From Schmidtea nova (Eukaryota), in contig CM097882.1 of assembly GCA_044892505.1 (NCBI GenBank), positions 220,844,001-220,908,000 on the forward strand: a stretch of DNA of 64,000 nucleotides. Direction: 5' to 3'. Shown in pieces: positions 61,087 through 64,000 of this stretch (the first letter of the stretch is position 1; each line of letters opens with the position of its first letter). Below the pieces are notes generated by a model. It searched no databases. It was not told the DNA's origin and was given only the letters and a program-made list of their open reading frames with translations. Both the position numbers and the translations under genes were made by a program.

Positions 61087-62793
61087 TTATTTCTGTTTTT
61101 GTTCATCCTCTCTTTGTATTCTCGCCCATTCCTGAGCGTGTCGTGCTTGACTTTCTCGATTCAATCGTTCGTTTTCGCTTTCTATTTTTCTCATCATGCT
61201 AATTTGCTGTTGATTGGTTTGCGGATTTCCTCTCGTCGTATTGTTTATAAGTTCCGTCAACCTTTGAACTTCTTGCATCAAATGTATTTCTTTGGTGGTA
61301 GTTTTGTTCTGACTATTGTTATTATTGACTTGTTGGTTCCCATAATCTTGTCGGTTTACGGTATTTGTTTGATTTCCGTAATTTTGTCGGTTCCCATTAC
61401 TCTGCCAGTTTCCTCGTTGATTACTTTTTTGTCCGCAATTTCTTGAATAGTGACCAGGTCGTCCGCAATTAAAACAGATTATCGTAGAACATCTACTCTC
61501 CGAATGTCCTTTAACTCCACATTTTCCGCAATTCAAATTTTGATAGCATTCTTGCTGCCAGTGTCCCAATTTTCCACATGTTTTACATTGTTTTGTTTGT
61601 CCTTGAGGGTTGTAATTGTTTTGGTTTCCAAAGTTCTGCACTTTATTTCCTTCATTCCTTCGTTGAGGGGGTGGTCGGTTTAATTGTTGCGAATTTGGAA
61701 TGTGATTGTTAAGATTTACCTCTGGTTCGGTTTGCGCTGTGTCCATGGCTAAATAAATTCTGCCCTCACTTCCTATCATATGCAATTCGAATCGGTTAGC
61801 TGTTTCTAACGCTTGATCAATGGTCTTGCATCCTTGGCATCCAACTTGCGCTCTTATGTCAGGTCTTCTTAATCCTCCTATGAAGATGGCTGCCATTAAC
61901 TCCTCGTTTATTGGACCTCCATCCTTGAATACTGATTTTGCTAATTTTTTCAGTTCACTCGCGTATACCGCATTAGATTCATTCATCTTTTGTTTCCTCA
62001 TTGAAAATTCTATGAATGCCTCGCTTAGCACTTTATTTATTCCAAATGTTTGTTGGAAAAAGTCCTTTATCGCTGTCCAATTTGTAGGTGGATTGGTACC
62101 GTTTTTCGCTTCCAAATATAGGTCCAATGCACTATCTTTTAGATATAGCTGAATTCTGCTTACCGTTGTTTCAGCTTTCCATTTGCATACTTCCACGAAT
62201 ATGCCAAATTCCTTTAAGAAGGTTTCTAATTTACTCGCATCTCCGTTAAACGGTTCTCCTGAAAATTTATCCTTTATTTCTTCTCTTGGTTCACCCATTT
62301 CAATTCCACTGTCTTGAGTTATTTTACTTTCGTTTCCTCTTGTTTCTAGTTCGTTGTTATGTTCGTCTTCTGTTTCACTCGAGCTTGAATCGCTTTCTGT
62401 TTCTCTTATTACTTCGTTATTCGATATTATACTTTCGTTATCACTCTCGTTGATTTCTACCTCTGGTTCTACCTCGTTTTCTACTTCTTCGATATTATCG
62501 TTGTTAGTTTTGTCGATTTCTATTTCACTTGTTTGGTTCTCCTTGGGTTCCGCTTGGTTTTCTTTGTTACTTGAGCTGTTGCTTACTACTGAAAATTTAT
62601 CGTTTTCGATAATCGATTTATCTCTTATTATTTTCCTTGCTTTACTCCCTTGTGGGTTTTTGTGGTTATCTTTGCCGGCTTTCTGCTTTTTTGCTGATTT
62701 TGTTGTAGTACTAGTTTTGTCTTTTTTGTTGCTCTCACTGCCGACTTTCTTTTCTGTTGGCTTTATTACAACACTCTTTACTCCTGTTCTCAA
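61087..62793 (-). CDS. gag: Gag of the giant element (acidic/low-complexity N-terminus, capsid-like domain, three CCHC knuckles), same frame as pol
   Basis: PFNGDASKLETFL..QLYLKDSALDLY; CKTCGKLGHWQQEC, CGKCGVKGHSESRC and CFNCGRPGHYSRNC. Confidence 0.93.
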   Translation of the reverse strand: MRTGVKSVVIKPTEKKVGSESNKKDKTSTTTKSAKKQKAGKDNHKNPQGSKARKIIRDKSIIENDKFSVVSNSSSNKENQAEPKENQTSEIEIDKTNNDNIEEVENEVEPEVEINESDNESIISNNEVIRETESDSSSSETEDEHNNELETRGNESKITQDSGIEMGEPREEIKDKFSGEPFNGDASKLETFLKEFGIFVEVCKWKAETTVSRIQLYLKDSALDLYLEAKNGTNPPTNWTAIKDFFQQTFGINKVLSEAFIEFSMRKQKMNESNAVYASELKKLAKSVFKDGGPINEELMAAIFIGGLRRPDIRAQVGCQGCKTIDQALETANRFELHMIGSEGRIYLAMDTAQTEPEVNLNNHIPNSQQLNRPPPQRRNEGNKVQNFGNQNNYNPQGQTKQCKTCGKLGHWQQECYQNLNCGKCGVKGHSESRCSTIICFNCGRPGHYSRNCGQKSNQRGNWQSNGNRQNYGNQTNTVNRQDYGNQQVNNNNSQNKTTTKEIHLMQEVQRLTELINNTTRGNPQTNQQQISMMRKIESENERLNRESQARHAQEWARIQREDEQKQK

Positions 62794-63403
62794 CGGGATT
62801 ACTTTTGTATACTCAATTTTCCTGTCCTATTTCTTATCGTGTTCTGATTCTTCTTGCTTGATTGATTGATTTGATTGATTTGTATATCTAAAATACAAAG
62901 GTTCTCAACGATACATTATTGTTATCGTCGCGCTTTTATTCCCTTTTTTTCGGGATTACTTATTACTGGGTTTTCATTATTTCCCAATTCCCAGATTCCC
63001 CTTTATTTTTAGTCTATTTAAATTATCTATAGACTGGTCACAATTATCTATTTAGGTCGTAATAATTATCTATGTTTTATCAAATCAATTACTTTTCCCA
63101 CAGTTTCCCAATTTATTGGTCGCTCGAGCGCTCTAATTCCCTGAGTCTTTCTGACTCACTTATTATTATTTATCATTTCTCTTCATTATTCCCTGCTAGC
63201 AATCATTTTACTCATTCTGCCGGTTGCTCCGGTCAGCCCAAATTTTTACTATTCTCCTTGCATGCTTTACTTAAGGTTGCATAATCAGCTTTACTCGCAT
63301 TCTCTTAACTACTGGTGCGCACTACTCTAAATCTCGTCGACGATTATACTATGGGTCTATATTCCCTCTGTTACTATTTATCCGGATATCTCTATAATTC
63401 ACT

Positions 63404-63755
63404 ATGGCTCTTCTGGCCTCAATTTTATATCTCGCATGGCTCTATTGGCCTCAATTTAATCTCTCAAATGGCTCTATTGGCCTCAATTTAATCTCTCAAA
63501 TGGCTCTATTGGCCTCAATTTAATCTCTCAAATGGCTCTATTGGCCTCAATTTAATCTCTCAAATGGCTCTATTGGCCTCAATTTAATCTCTCAAATGGC
63601 TCTATTGGCCTCAATTTAATCTCTCAAATGGCTCTATTGGCCTCAATTTAATCTCTCAAATGGCTCTATTGGCCTCAATTTAATCTCTCAAATGGCTCTA
63701 TTGGCCTCAATTTAATCTCTCAAATGGCTCTATTGGCCTCAATTTAATTTCTCCA
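63404..63755. repeat. Tandem array, ~11 x 32 bp (ATGGCTCTATTGGCCTCAATTTAATCTCTCAA)
   Basis: Direct reading; units start every 32 nt from 63436 to 63724. Confidence 0.95.
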
Positions 63756-63795
63756 TAACGCCTAGCTAGGTCATTCAATATGGCTCATTGGCCTC

Positions 63796-64000
63796 AACCC
63801 TTTGTTTCAAGGGACAAACCGCTGATAACCCTTTGTTTCAACGGACAACTCTAATAACCCTTTGTTTCAAGGGACAAACCGCTAATAACCCTTTGTTTCA
63901 AGGGACAAATCGCTACTAACCCTTTGTTTCAAGGGACAAACCTCGTATAACCCTTTGTTTCAAGGGACAAACCTCGTATAACCCTTTGTTTCAAGGGACA
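63796..64000. repeat. Tandem array, >=7 x ~31 bp (AACCCTTTGTTTCAAGGGACAA + variable 7-9 nt), running off the window
   Basis: Direct reading; each unit has a CCCTT/AAGGG inverted core. Confidence 0.95.

Larger units (their letters stand above)
27216..64000 (-). mobile_element. Giant Ty3/Gypsy LTR retroelement with glycoprotein and accessory genes, interrupted by a nested element; 5' end beyond the window
   Basis: Colinear - strand gag, PR, RT and IN with a uniformly A-rich coding strand. The ankyrin frame rejoins exactly across the nested insertion. Confidence 0.85.

Noticed and set aside
39519-61089. Alternative genetic code (TAA/TAG = Gln) explaining the in-frame stops
   Set aside because: The stops replace different residues (Gln, Tyr, Leu, Cys, Trp by homology) and include TGA. 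Multi-kb ORFs are otherwise free of TAA despite extreme AT-richness.
26006-62869. Many antisense ORFs rich in Ser/Leu/Phe/Ile overlapping the polyproteins (e.g. 33831-34511, 36776-37552, 62354-62869)
   Set aside because: Shadow frames of an A-rich coding strand, with no motifs.
63404-64000. CRISPR-like look of the repeat arrays
   Set aside because: Units are contiguous or separated by only 7-9 related nt. There are no unique spacers and no cas genes, and the context is eukaryotic.

Overview
Very AT-rich eukaryotic (probably invertebrate) DNA. A planarian-like flatworm is my guess, not shown by the sequence. Bases 1-25,400 are mostly decayed transposons: CACTA-like and piggyBac MITEs, a Polinton-type polB remnant, a hAT element with a perfect 8-bp TSD, a mariner, a small LTR element carrying decayed Ig-domain repeats, a Penelope remnant with a hammerhead ribozyme, and a piggyBac. 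There is one probable host exon. Bases ~25,900-64,000 hold two related, nested, virus-like Ty3/Gypsy LTR retroelements. The inner one (37957-51835, + strand) is complete and young: ~99.7% identical LTRs, CTTT TSD, tRNA-Trp PBS and PPT. It encodes one ~3,330-codon frame, broken by 3 stops: Gag - ubiquitin-like domains - Bcl-2-like domain - internal signal peptide + chuvirus/gB-type (class III) glycoprotein - protease - RT - RNase H - integrase - FN3-like membrane protein. It inserted into the ankyrin-repeat segment of an older giant element (- strand, >=23 kb without the insert, 5' end outside the window). That element has the same Gag-UBL-Bcl2-Env-PR-RT-IN order, extended in frame by ankyrin repeats and duplicated FN3-like membrane modules. 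It is followed by separate accessory genes (an intact intronless TRAF, coiled-coil and membrane proteins), almost all with a splice-acceptor AG just before the ATG. The main candidate system is an enveloped retroelement lineage that carries its fusogen inside the Gag-Pol polyprotein, plus apoptosis/immune-signalling cargo. Domain calls come from motif reading only; no database searches were run.
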